DNA of 64,000 nt from Halarcobacter sp. (GTDB lineage Bacteria > Campylobacterota > Campylobacteria > Campylobacterales > Arcobacteraceae). The stretch lies in NCBI GenBank assembly GCA_963676565.1, contig OY781089.1:224001-288000 (forward strand), given 5' to 3'. The position numbers were made by a program, and so were the translations under genes. Positions 29,079-43,100 of the stretch are shown here, piece after piece; within the stretch, counting starts at the first letter, position 1, and each line of letters opens with the position of its first letter. Under the pieces are notes generated by a model. It was not told where the DNA came from. It worked only from the letters and a program-made list of their open reading frames with translations, and ran no database searches.

Positions 29079-30989
29079 TTATAAATCGTTTTTAATTTTT
29101 GCTTCTAAAGCTTCAGTTGTGAAACCAAAGTGTTCAAATAGTTTTTCAGCAGGAGCACTTGCTCCAAATGTATCCATACCATATACTACATCAGCAAATT
29201 TATAGTATTCCATACCACGTGCAGCCTCAACTGCAAATACTTTTGTATTTGGTTTAATAATTGTGTCAATATACTCTTTATCTTGCTCAACAAGTAAATC
29301 AAAACAAGGAACAGAAACAATATTTGCTTTAATTCCTGCTTTTTCAAGATTACAAGCAGTTTGAAGTGCTAACATAACTTCAGAACCTGATGCCATAATT
29401 GTTATAGTCGCATCTTCTCTTTCTTTTAATAAATAACCACCATTTGAAACATCTCCAAATGCTTTTTCAGGTTTTAAAACTTCTAAGTTTTGTCTTGAAC
29501 AAACAAATGCAGTTGGTGCATTCATTTTAAGTGCAACTTTCCAAGACTCAACATTTTCATTTGCATCAGCAGGTCTAAATGTATAGAAGTTTGGTAAAGC
29601 TCTAAATTGAGATAAATGTTCAATTGGTTGGTGAGTTGGTCCATCTTCACCTACACCAATAGAATCATGAGTCCATACAAAGTGTTGTGGAATAGATGCT
29701 AATGCAGCAATTCTAGCACTTGGTTTTAAATAATCTGAGAATACAAAGAATGTAGCAGAGAATACTCTGTATAAACCATAAAGATTCATTGCATTTGTCA
29801 TTGCTGCCATTGCATGTTCTTTAATACCAAAGTGAATATTTCTTCCTTGTGGGAAATCACCTTTACCAGAAAGTTCTGTTTTGTTTGATGGAGCAAGGTC
29901 AGCAGAACCACCTAAGAAACCAGGAATTGCGTCTGCTATTGCATTTAAAATTTTATGATTAGAAGATCTTGTAGCAACACTAGTACCTGCATCAAATACA
30001 GGGTATTTAATTGCATCAAAATTTGGATTTTGTAATTTCTCAATTTTTTCTTTTGTTTCAGCAGACAATGAAGCATTCCATGCATTTTCAGCTTCAATTC
30101 CAACGATTAATTTATCAAAAGAACCTTTTATATCATAAGGTACTACAAATTTCTCTTCTGGATCAAACCCAGCTTTTTTCTTAGAAGCTTTAAGCTCATC
30201 TTCACCTAATGGAGCACCATGTGTATGATGACTTCCCTCTAAAGTTGCTGCACCTTTTCCAATTGCTGTTTTTGCAATAATTAAAACAGGTTTATCAGAA
30301 GCTTTTGCAGTAACAATAGCTTTATCAATTTGATCAAAATTATGTCCATCAATCTCTAATACTTCAAAGTTTATCGCTTGAAATCTTTTCTTAACATTTT
30401 CAGACCAAGCAATAGAAGTATCACCTTCGATTGTAATATCATTTGAATCATAAATTACAATTAAGTTATCTAGTTCTAAGTGACCTGCAGTTGCACAAGC
30501 TTCATATGAAATACCCTCTTGTAAATCTCCATCACCACAAAGGCAATAAACTTTATGATTGATTACATCTTTTCCTAAAGTGTTTTGTGCATATTTTGCA
30601 GCCATTGCAAAACCAACTGCATTTGCAATACCTTGACCTAAAGGACCAGTTGTAATTTCAACACCATGAGTGTGCCCATATTCTGGGTGACCTGGAGTTT
30701 TAGAGTTATATTGTCTAAACTCTCTCATATCTGGGATACTAACGTTAAATCCCCAAAGGTGTAAAAGAGAATATACTAAACCTGTAGCATGTCCCCCAGA
30801 GAAAACTAATCTATCTCTGTTTAACCATTTTTCATTTGTTGGGTTTAAATTTAAGTGAGAACTTAAAACTGTAGCAATATCTGCCATACCCATTGGAGCA
30901 CCTGGGTGACCTGAATTTGCTTGTTGAACCATATCAGCTGCTAAAAATCTAATTGTATCAGCTTGCTTTTGAAGTAATTGTTTTGACAT
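29079..30989 (-). CDS. tkt: Transketolase
   Basis: SGHPGAPMG, TPGHPE, TTGPLGQG, GDGDLQEG, GGSADLAPSN, THDSIGVGEDGPTHQP. Confidence 0.97.
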   Translation of the reverse strand: MSKQLLQKQADTIRFLAADMVQQANSGHPGAPMGMADIATVLSSHLNLNPTNEKWLNRDRLVFSGGHATGLVYSLLHLWGFNVSIPDMREFRQYNSKTPGHPEYGHTHGVEITTGPLGQGIANAVGFAMAAKYAQNTLGKDVINHKVYCLCGDGDLQEGISYEACATAGHLELDNLIVIYDSNDITIEGDTSIAWSENVKKRFQAINFEVLEIDGHNFDQIDKAIVTAKASDKPVLIIAKTAIGKGAATLEGSHHTHGAPLGEDELKASKKKAGFDPEEKFVVPYDIKGSFDKLIVGIEAENAWNASLSAETKEKIEKLQNPNFDAIKYPVFDAGTSVATRSSNHKILNAIADAIPGFLGGSADLAPSNKTELSGKGDFPQGRNIHFGIKEHAMAAMTNAMNLYGLYRVFSATFFVFSDYLKPSARIAALASIPQHFVWTHDSIGVGEDGPTHQPIEHLSQFRALPNFYTFRPADANENVESWKVALKMNAPTAFVCSRQNLEVLKPEKAFGDVSNGGYLLKEREDATITIMASGSEVMLALQTACNLEKAGIKANIVSVPCFDLLVEQDKEYIDTIIKPNTKVFAVEAARGMEYYKFADVVYGMDTFGASAPAEKLFEHFGFTTEALEAKIKNDL

Positions 30990-31085
30990 AATGTTCCTAA
31001 TTATCGAAGTTTCGTTGTTGTAAATTTTGTGGATTATAGCTAAAAATAGTTAAATAGTTTTTGAAATAAAACTTATCTAAAGATT

Positions 31086-31113
31086 AAGAGAAAAGGAATG
31101 ATCCTTTTCTCTT
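31086..31113 (-). terminator. Terminator after the giant adhesin
   Basis: AAGAGAAAAGGA-ATGA-TCCTTTTCTCTT, perfect 12-bp stem 6 nt after the stop. Confidence 0.75.
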
Positions 31114-31119
31114 CATATT

Positions 31120-34100
31120 TTAAAGATCTGGGTCAATAGATACATCTTCATCTATTAAGATTTTGATGTTTGAAGCTCCATCTGTTCCTTGATAAACATT
31201 AAATATTTCACCATTTATCTCCTCTTTACCTTGAGAAGTCCAGTTAGAATCTCCACCTTCAAGTGTTACTTTGTCGTCACTATCACCAAAGATTTTTAAC
31301 TCTTGATCATCATCAATAACTAAATCATCTACATTTATTTCTAAATTATTTGCATGAGAATTAGTCATATCAACGGCATCAGTATTTGCTGATAAAACTC
31401 CACTTAAATCAATAGTATCTGCATCTACTAAATCAATAACATTTTCAGTTTGTGTTGGTGTAAGATCAACTTCAATAGTTACATCTACTGTTGTACTATC
31501 TCCATCTTCATCAGAAGCTGTTACACTAAATAGTTTTGAAGTATCAGTACTAAACTCTGAAGATTTAGCAGTATATGTATAATCTCCTGATGTAAAATCA
31601 AATGTTAGTGTACCATCACCATCTAATTCTACTCCAGAAGAAGGGAAGTTTGCACTTGTATATGCATTTCCATCAACTTCTATACTATCAATAGAAATTT
31701 CACCATTTCCTTCTGAAATATTTTCTAAGACATTTCCATTAACAGAAGCTGTAACTGTTCCTGCTAGTACATTTCCAAGTGTTGAATCATCAGTTACCAT
31801 AAGAACTTCATCTCCATCTTGAACTTGAACAATTTTAAGTGGACCCTCTGTTGCTCCTGAACCTACACCAATTACATTTAATTTATCTATATTATTTGAT
31901 ACATAATTAGACCATTCAACTATTGTATGATCAGAATCTTCATCAATTCTCCAACTATCGTTATTTGGATTACCATCAGATAAGAAATATGCAATAGTTG
32001 AATCAGCATCATGTCCATTAAAGTCAACATCCATAGTTTTTTCTAAACCTAGATAGTAATTTGTGGCATGTTCAGATAAATCATGGCTAACTAGATGTGC
32101 AAATGTATAATTTGAACCAGAATATACTAAATCATCATGATTGTTCATTGACAGATCATTTAAAAATGCGATAGCTTGAGAAGTACTCATCCATCCAAAA
32201 TTTGCAGAACAAGAGTTGAATAGTGTTAAGTTAACTTCAGTTTCACCATTTGCTGCATAAGCTTGAATTGTTGAGATAACTGATGCTTTTGCAATTTCAA
32301 ATCTTGTAGTCCAATTATCATTGCTATCTTTTACCCCATCATTCATAGAACCAGAAACATCTAAAGTAAATAATAGATTTGTAGTAGCATCACCAAATAC
32401 TAAACTATTAGTTTCGTCATAACTCACTGGTAAACTATCAGGAACAATCAATTTAAACTCACTACTTATTTGTGCTTCAAGTGGACAATTATCTGGATCT
32501 GCAGGAGTAATTTCTCCATTTAAGCTCTCTTCTGATTTAGCAGTAATTGTTAAAACATACTCATCAGGAGTAATTCCATCAGGTACTGAAACTTTAATAG
32601 CATCCATATCCCAAGATTTTACATCTACATAATCAAGTGCTGCAGTTGCAGTAAATGTATGTGCTCCATCAGAAATAGTAAACCCTTCAGGTAAATTATC
32701 AACAATTATACTTTTAAAGCTTTCTGAACCATCTAAATCAACTAATTCTGAAGAGATTGCAAAATAAGCATCATTACCACTTTCAATAGTTAACTCAGTT
32801 TGACTTGATACTAACTCAGTAAATCTTACATCGTGAATTAAGAAGTCATCACCCTCTTGTTTAGCTGAAATTCTAATCTCATCAAAACTTCCACCATTTG
32901 GTAATGCAAAAGTATATGGTCCATCAATAGTATCAGTTTGTGCTGCATCATAGTGTTCTTGAGAACCTATTTTTACACCATCTTTATAGAAGTCTACAAT
33001 TGCAACTTCTCCATCACCGTCACCATTGTCATAGCTATGTTTCCATGCATAACTAACATCTACACTAGTTAATGCATTTTCAAACTCAATAGCAATAACC
33101 TCAGAACCTTCTCCTGGATGATAGTTTATCTCTGTATCATTACCTGGATTTTCACCACTTGGAACAGTTGATTGAACACCAAAACCATCATGTGTTGTGC
33201 CTGTTACAATTGAAATTGGTGCTTCATCTAATTCTCCATCTCCATCATTGTCATAATGGTAATATGCTTTAACTGTATATCCACCACTTGTATCATTTAC
33301 ATTAGTTAAATCAATTGTTGTAGTATTTTCTGTACTTCCTAAAACACTTAATGTTGGAGCATCTGCTACAGGTGAAACGTCAATAGTCATAACTGAAGAT
33401 GTAGAAGTCCATGTTGCAGTATTATCTGTAGAGATACTAAAGTTAAACTGCGCATAATCATTTTGTTGATCACCAGTTCCTGCATCATGATATTCATCTC
33501 TTCCAGATTGATGTAAATCAGGTAAAAATGTAAGTTTTCCATCATCTATATCAGTTGAACTAATCTCAATTGGTGCAGCTATTGCTACTCCATTTAATAA
33601 TATAGTCCCAAGTACTGGTAAAGAGTCTATTCTAACAGTAGTTGCATCACTGTCGAAATCATCTAAAGTAAATGTATAGCTTATATCTTCACAAGTTATT
33701 ACATTTGTATCAATTGGTGTATTAATTGTGATATTTAAATTAGCAGTTGCACTATCTCCATCTCCATCTGTAACAGTATAAGGAATAGTTAATGTCTCAA
33801 TCCCAGAATCTTTATCAAGCTGTGAAATTGTATATCCTGGTGTTGCTGTATCTAATCCTGTAGCTGTAAGTTTAATAATTGTTTCACCTAAACTATTTTT
33901 ACCAATTAAAGTTGTAAGATCATCAGATACTCCATCATTTGCATAACTCCAAGTAACTGTTCCAACTGAACCACTTACAATTATCTCATCGAAACCATCA
34001 GATAAGTTTTCATCTCCCCAATTAAAGGCTTCTTTATCACCATCAAGTTTAACTCCAGTTCCATCAGCTGCTCCATCTGCACCGAAGCTAAAGTCAAATG

Positions 34101-37100
34101 TGCCAGATGCATTTACTACAGTTCCTTGTAAAGTAGCCGATAAATCTGCTGGATTATCAACTTCAAGTACATTTGACGAAACTAATGACAAGTAAGTTGT
34201 ACTTACATTTGTTCCTATTCCTACTGAATAAACTCCTGCAATATTATTTGATGAATCATTTACAAATGTATTCCAAGTATTTAATGTAGGAGAATCTACA
34301 TAAGGTGTGCCATCATGATCTTCAAATCCATCTACATGGTTACCACTTGTATAATCGTTTGGATTATAAGTTGTAGAGTCATTCATCTCTACAGTTGGGT
34401 AACCATCTGATAAGAAATAAACATATGTATCTCCACCATTTGGTGAAACTGAATAGCTACCTACTGTTTCTTGTAGTGCGTCTTCATAGTTTGTCCAACC
34501 ACCATCACTTAAATTAGTTAAATATGTAGTAACTTCAGATGCGCTCATCCAAGTTCCATTTCCAAATGCAGTTGTACTAAATGTATTAATTTGAATCAAT
34601 ACATCTCTTCCTTGTGATTCATACTCTGAAATTAGATCTTCAATTGACTCTTTTGCAATCTCTAATCTAGTTTTAGATGTTCCTGCTACATCATTATCCA
34701 TACTTGATGATACATCTAATGTAAATACTAAATTAACAGGTTTTGAATCTACTTCAACTGTTTTTGAAACATCATTAGCAGATGCGATATCATCTGCAAT
34801 CTCAATAGTAATCGTATCTGTTGCTTTAGTTCCATTTCCATCTATTATCTCTACTTCTAAAGATAAATCTGATAATAAATCTTCTACATTCATTTGTTGA
34901 TGATCTACATTCTCATGTAATGTAAATGTATACTCACTATTTGCTGGGTCTAATGAAATAGTAAATATTGGTGTCCCATTCTCATCTACTCCTGTTATTG
35001 TTTGATTATTATTAGAATACTCTAATGTTATATCAAGCCCTTCTGCTGTTATTGATGTTGTTTGATTCCCTGTAAATTGAATGCTTCCTGCTCCATCATC
35101 TCCAAAGTCAAATGTCAATGCTTTTGTTTCTGTATATACATTATTATATCCATCTGTATCAGTTGTATTGATTGATGGTAATGCATCTTCATCTACAAGT
35201 GCATCTTCTACTGTAATTGTTGGGATATCATCTACTGGAATAATTACATCTATTTCTAAGTTAGCTGTTACGCTATCTCCATCTCCATCTGTAATTGTAT
35301 ATGGTACTTTTAGACTCTCTATACCACTTTCTTTATCTAACTGTGTTACTACATATTTTGGAGAATTTGTATAAATATCTGTTGCTTCTATTTTTACAAC
35401 TACTTCTCCATTACTATTTGTCCCTGTAATCAATGTTCCATCTGCTGAAACTACCCAAGTAACATTTGTTATATCATTACCATTTGAGTCTTTTGCTGTT
35501 GGTGTTTCCCATGTAAATGCTAATTTATCTCCATCTTGTTTAGTCCCTGTTCCATCTGCTGCTCCATCTGCTCCAAATGAGAAATCTAGACTACCAGTTT
35601 CATAAACAACTGTCCCTTGTAATGTTGAAACTAAATCTGCTGGATCATCTACAATTGTTACATCACTTGAAACTTGTTCTAAATAACTTTCATTTACATT
35701 TGTTCCTATCCCTACTGCGAATACTTCTTCTATATTATTTGCTGGATTTGATACAAATGCATTCCATGCATCTAATCTTGCTGCATCTATATATCCTGTA
35801 TCTGCAGTCGCACCATCTATTCCATCTTGGTCATTACCATCTGTTACATCACCTACTGTTGAAGTTGAATCATCCATCTCTACAGTTGGGTAACCATCTG
35901 ATATAAAGTATGCATAAGTTGTCCCTGTTGGAACTGTTGAACTTTCATAAGCTGTTTGAGTAACTGCTAATGCATCTTCATAATTTGTCCAACCATTATC
36001 ATTTAATGTATTTAAAAAGGCTGACAATTCACTCGCTGTCATCCATTTCCCATTTTCTGCTGAATCTGCACTTGTACTAAATGTATTTACTTGTATCAAT
36101 ACATCTCTTCCTTGTGCTTGATAATCTGCTACTACTTGTTCCATTGCTTCTATTGCAATCTCTAATCTTGTTTGTGATGTACCTGCTACATCATTCCCCA
36201 TACTTCCTGATACATCTAATGTAAATACTAAGTTTACTGCTTCTGGATTTAAATCTATTGTTGTCTCTGTATCATTTGCTTCTGGCATATCATCTTCAAC
36301 AACAACATTTAATGTTCCTGTATCAGTTGCACCTTTTGCATCTTTTACATATACTCCTACATCAAATCCTACTACATCTTCAACTGAATTTGTTGGATGA
36401 TCTATTTGATTTAATTGAGTAACAGTATAGTCACCATTACTATCAACTTCGATTTTAATAACCTCTTGCCAATCTGGATTTGAAGTTGTTCCGTTATTAA
36501 TTTTACCAACTAATGTATCCGTATCCTCTCCACTCCACTCTACTGTTTTACCTTCTGAAGTTAATGTCGATGTTGGTGCTGTTAATTTAACTGTTAAAGC
36601 ATCACCATCTGGATCTGATGCAACACTTCCTGTTTGAACTACTTTATTTGTTGTATCATCCCCTGCATTTTCACCTGTTGTATCTTTTAATCCACCAGAT
36701 AAACCTTCATCAGAAACTCTTACACTTGCATCTGTTACAACTGGTGGCTCATTATCTGTTTTACCATCAATTGTAATTGTTAATGTTGTTGTACTTGTAT
36801 CCCCATCACTATCTGTAATAGTATATGTAAACTCTTCTGTTAATGTTTGTCCATCATCTAATGCTAATACTCTTGAATCTGCATTATCTAAATCATATGT
36901 ATATGAACCATCTGAATTTAGTGTAATCTTTCCATATTCACCATCAAATGAACTTCCTACATTTCCTGATACTGGATTTGTTGTATCATTACCTTTTGCA
37001 ACTCCCGTTACATATACTGGTGCATCATCACTATCTGCTCCAATATCATCTGCTACATCTCCTGTTTGTCCATTTCCATAAACATTACCACTTAATGTAT

Positions 37101-40100
37101 CTGTTTTCTCATTCATAGATCTTACGTCTGCATTTGCTACTGGTACATCATCTACAATTGTTACTGTTAATGTTCCTGTTGCGTCATCTCCATCTGGATC
37201 TACAATTTTTAATGAAATTTCATCTTTTATCTCATTATTATTTGTTGGATGATCTAGGTTATCTTTTAATGTATATTCATAACTAACTAATCCTGTATTC
37301 TCATCATAACCTGTAATAATTAATGTTCCTTTTACAGTATCAATTGGCGAAGAATTCGTATTATTTGTATCTAATAATTCTGCTTTTGTAAATGTTGTTC
37401 CACCAATTTCAACTTTAGTAATTCCATCAGGAGAAGTAATTTTAAATACTCCTGTATCTTTTTCACTATCATCACTTGAATCATCTAAACCTTTTTCATA
37501 TACAATTGATGAAGGATCATTTAAATCTGGATTTGGATCAATTGTTGGTTTATCATCAATTCCTATATTTAAGTTAGCGCTTGCACTATCACCATCTCCA
37601 TCTGTTACAGTAAATGGCATTACTAAATCATCAATCCCACTATTTTTGTCTAATTGTGTTATTTCATATTTTGGATCAGTTGTAATATCTTTTGCTTCTA
37701 CTTTAATTACTACATCACCATTAATTTTTCCTACAATTGTTTGCCCATCTGATGATACTGTCCAATCAACACTTACATCATTTCCATCTGCATCTTTTGC
37801 TGTTGGTGTTTGCCATTCAAATGCTAATTTATTATCATCTAATTTAATCCCTGTTCCATCTGCTGCTCCATCTGCTCCAAATGAAAAGTCTAAGTCTCCT
37901 GATTTATTAATCATTGTTGATAATAATTGTGTAGATAAATCATCTGAATCTACTATTGTTGTATCTGAAGAGATTTGTTTTAAGTATGTGTCATCAGTCA
38001 TTTCAATTCCAACGGCATACACACCTTGAATATTATTTGCAGGATCAGAAACAAATGCATCCCAAGCATCTACTCTTGCTTGATCTAAATATGTGTCTTC
38101 ATTATTAAGGAAGGTATATGGATTATCATCTACATTATCTAAGTTATAACTTCCTGTTGTATCGTCTGGATCTACTGTTCTATCATCTAACTCTGTTGTT
38201 GGAACTCCATCTGATAAGAAATATATATATGTATCACCCTCTACTGGTGTTGTATAATGTTGCTGTGTTTCATATAATGCATCTTCATAGTTTGTTAATC
38301 CTGTTGCAGTTAAGTTTAATTTACTATTTAAATCTGCAGAATCAAACCATCCTGAAGTAGAATTTACTTCTGAACTAAATGTATTAATCTGTACATTTAC
38401 ATCTCTTCCTTGATTTTCATATTCACTTACTAAATCTTTAATTGCATTAATTGCTTTTTCTAATTTACTTCCTGAACCATTACCCATACTTCCTGATACA
38501 TCTAATGTAAATACTAAATTAATTGGTTCTAATGTTGTATCTATTGAAACATTAGTATTATTAGCAGATGCGATATCATCTGCAATCTCAATAGTAATCG
38601 TATCTGTTGCTCTAGTTCCATTTCCATCTATTATCTCTACTTCTAAAGATAAATCTGATAATAAATCTTCTACATTCATTTGTTGATGATCTACATTCTC
38701 ATGTAATGTAAATGTATACTCACTATTTGCTGGGTCTAATGAAATAGTAAATATTGGTGTCCCATTCTCATCTACTCCTGTTATTGTTTGATTATTATTA
38801 GAATACTCTAATGTTATATCAAGCCCTTCTGCTGTTATTGATGTTGTTTGATTCCCTGTAAATTGAATGCTTCCTGCTCCATCATCTCCAAAGTCAAATG
38901 TCAATGCTTTTGTTTCTGTATATACATTATTATATCCATCTGTATCAGTTGTATTGATTGATGGTAATGCATCTTCATCTACAAGTGCATCTTCTACTGT
39001 AATTGTTGGGATATCATCTACTGGAATAATTACATCTATTTCTAAGTTAGCTGTTACGCTATCTCCATCTCCATCTGTAATTGTATATGGTACTTTTAGA
39101 CTCTCTATACCACTTTCTTTATCTAACTGTGTTACTACATATTTTGGAGAATTTGTATAAATATCTGTTGCTTCTATTTTTACAACTACTTCTCCATTAC
39201 TATTTGTCCCTGTAATCAATGTTCCATCTGCTGAAACTACCCAAGTAACATTTGTTATATCATTACCATTTGAGTCTTTTGCTGTTGGTGTTTCCCATGT
39301 AAATGCTAATTTATCTCCATCTTGTTTAGTCCCTGTTCCATCTGCTGCTCCATCTGCTCCAAATGAGAAATCTAGACTACCAGTTTCATAAACAACTGTC
39401 CCTTGTAATGTTGAAACTAAATCTGCTGGATCATCTACAATTGTTACATCACTTGAAACTTGTTCTAAATAACTTTCATTTACATTTGTTCCTATCCCTA
39501 CTGCGAATACTTCTTCTATATTATTTGCTGGATTTGATACAAATGCATTCCATGCATCTAATCTTGCTGCATCTATATATCCTGTATCTGCAGTCGCACC
39601 ATCTATTCCATCTTGGTCATTACCATCTGTTACATCACCTACTGTTGAAGTTGAATCATCCATCTCTACAGTTGGGTAACCATCTGATATAAAGTATGCA
39701 TAAGTTGTCCCTGTTGGAACTGTTGAACTTTCATAAGCTGTTTGAGTAACTGCTAATGCATCTTCATAATTTGTCCAACCATTATCATTTAATGTATTTA
39801 AAAAGGCTGACAATTCACTCGCTGTCATCCATTTCCCATTTTCTGCTGAATCTGCACTTGTACTAAATGTATTTACTTGTATCAATACATCTCTTCCTTG
39901 TGCTTGATAATCTGCTACTACTTGTTCCATTGCTTCTATTGCAATCTCTAATCTTGTTTGTGATGTACCTGCTACATCATTCCCCATACTTCCTGATACA
40001 TCTAATGTAAATACTAAGTTTACTGCTTCTGGATTTAAATCTATTGTTGTCTCTGTATCATTTGCTTCTGGTGTGTCATCATCAATATTAATATTTAAAC

Positions 40101-43100
40101 TTCCAGAAACTTTATCCCCATCTGCATCTTTTACATCATATGTTATGGCAAAGTTTACATTGTTTTCTGTATCATCTCCAACTAAACCATCTAAAGTTGG
40201 ATGAGATATTGGTGCTTCTTGTGTAACTGTGTAATCACCCGTTGCAGAATCAACAGTTATAGTTGCAACTAAAACAGGATTTGCTCCACCTTGATCTTGA
40301 TAAATTGATAATAAAGATCCATCAGCATTAGGAGTTGCTGTTAATCCATATGAATTGCTATCAATACCTGTAAGTTCAACACTTCCTGCCCCATCTGTCC
40401 CAAAATCAAAATTTAATGTACCAGTTGCATTTGAAGAATCTATATCATCTTCAATTCCTCCAGCATTTCCATTTGGCATAGTATCATCATCTAATTTCAC
40501 TAAATCATTTAACCCTGCACTTGGTCCATCATCTTTTATATTAAATACACCTACATCTACACTTGTATCACTTGATGCTAATGCTACTGTTGCTGTATCT
40601 GTATCTCCATCTGCATCTGTTACTGTTTGTGTTAAGTTTATTGATACATCTTCATTATTTAGTTGTCCTAGTACTAGGCTCTCTGTATCATTATCACTTG
40701 TTGTATCTGAATGCCATACATTCTTTGTTTGTGTAAAGGTTACTGTTGATCCTGTATTACTAATTGTAAAGTATGTTGTTGTCCCTACTTTACCTACTAT
40801 CTCTCCATTCTCTTCACTTAATAAAATCTCTGCACCTTTTGCGCCATTAACACCTAATGCATATAATCCTGATGCTACACCTGATACTGTTGTTCCTGTT
40901 GCATCTGTTAAGCTTAGTGAGTAACTTGTACTTCCTGCTCCATCTGTTCCATATACTTCTGATGCTGTTACTCCACCTACTCCTACTACTTTAAATAAGC
41001 TTGAGAAGTCAGCTTCTGATGAGTTCGCGCTTACATTATCTGCTGGATTCGCTTGTGCTCCTGCACTCTCATCTACTGTTAATGATATATTTGTAACTTT
41101 TGCGGCATCTACTGCTGCATCATTTAAATCTGCACTTGGTCCATCATCTTTTATATTAAATACACCTACATCTACACTTGTATCACTTGATGCTAATGCT
41201 ACTGTTGCTGTATCTGTATCTCCATCTGCATCTGTTACTGTTTGTGTTAAGTTTATTGATACATCTTCATTATTTAGTTGTCCTAATACTAAGCTCTCTG
41301 TATCATTATCACTTGTTGTATCTGAATGCCATACATTCTTTGTTTGTGTAAATGTTACTGTTGATCCTGTATTACTAATTGTAAAGTATGTTGTTGTTCC
41401 TACTTTACCAACTATCAATCCATTCTCTTCACTTAATAAAATCTCTGCACCTTTTGCGCCATTCACACCTAATGCATATAATCCTGATGCTACCCCTGAT
41501 ACTGTTGTTCCTGTTGCATTTGTTAAGCTTAGTGAGTAACTTGTACTTCCTGCTCCATCTGTTCCATATACTTCTGATGCTGTTACTCCACCTACTCCTA
41601 CTACTTTAAATAAGCTTGAGAAGTCAGCTTCTGATGAGTTCGCGCTTACATTATCTGCTGGATTCGCTTGTGCTCCTGCACTCTCATCTACTGTTAATGA
41701 TATATTTGTAACTTTTGCGGCATCTACTGCTGCATCATTTAAATCTGCACTTGGTCCATCATCTAAGAATCTAATATCTAAAGACTGTTCACTTGTTGCA
41801 GAAACAGTATCTTTATCTGCATCAGTTATTGTTAATTTTACTTTAATTAAATCATCTAAATTTAAAGGTGTCTCTTCATGATCTAAAATACCATCATTAT
41901 TTACATCTGCATTTACATCTGCATCATCAGAATGTTCCATAGCCTGGTATTGAGTAACTGTAACTTCACCAGTAGCACTATTAATTGAAATTGTAAATAC
42001 AGGATTTGTAGTTGTATCTCCATCAACATACCCAGAAAAAGATCCATCATTATTCTCTTTTAATAAGATTTCAGTAGTATCTCCAGTTAAATACAATCCT
42101 GTGCTAACTCCATCAGTCGCTGCTAGGCTATATTCTTCTGTTACACTACCTGTATCATCAGCACCTATAGAATAAGTAAATAAACCAGATATTGCACTTG
42201 CTGAAATTGTTGCACTTGTTTGTCCTACAATACCAGTATCAAAATCAGATTCATCAAGCTTAACTAATAAATCACTTTGATTATTCTTTATAGTTGGTAC
42301 ATCATCTTCAAATTGAAGAGCATTACTAATATCAACATTAGCCACTCCTGTAGCAGTATCTTCATCACTATCAGTAACTACTGCCGTTGCATATAAAACT
42401 ACATTTCCATCAGCTAATCCAATAATCTCATCAGTACCACCTACAATATTATCTGGAGCATTATGATCTATCTCTTCATATTGAGTTAAACTAACTTCAC
42501 CTGAAACCTCATCAACACTTACTTTGAATACTTCTATGCCAGAAGTTGTTGTACCTATAATATCTCCATTAGAATCTACTGATACTGTAATTGATTCACC
42601 AGCATGTGTTAAACCAGTAGTTGCAGTTTTAACTGCTAAAGTATAAGTAATTGTACTGCTTGCAGAAGCATCATTATCAGCTCCAATACTTACATTACTA
42701 ATATCAAAAAGAGTTGAGAAAGAAGCTTTTGCAGTACTTTCATTAGATCCAATTGTTTCTTCATCTAAAGTTGTTAATGTTGGGATATTTTCTTCATTAT
42801 ACTGAATATCTGCACTTGGAGTGTCATCAACAATATTAAGATTTAACTCTGCATCAGCAATATCACCATCATTATCTCTTACAGAAATAGCAATTGTTGA
42901 AGAAGGCAAAATACTTGAACTATTGTTAGAAGCATCTCCATCATCTAATTCTCCATCATGATTTATATTATCTAATAAAGTGTACTCATATTGAACTTCA
43001 TACAAATTTGTAGATATTTGAGTGAAGCCTGTAATTACAATTTCTCCTTCTCCGACATTAATTGCATTTGAAGGAGTAGTATTTGTTGCAAGTAACTCAG

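Noticed and set aside
34774..41764. Long repeats as a CRISPR array or IS copies
   Set aside because: They are in-frame coding modules of the adhesin; there is no repeat-spacer pattern, terminal inverted repeat or transposase.
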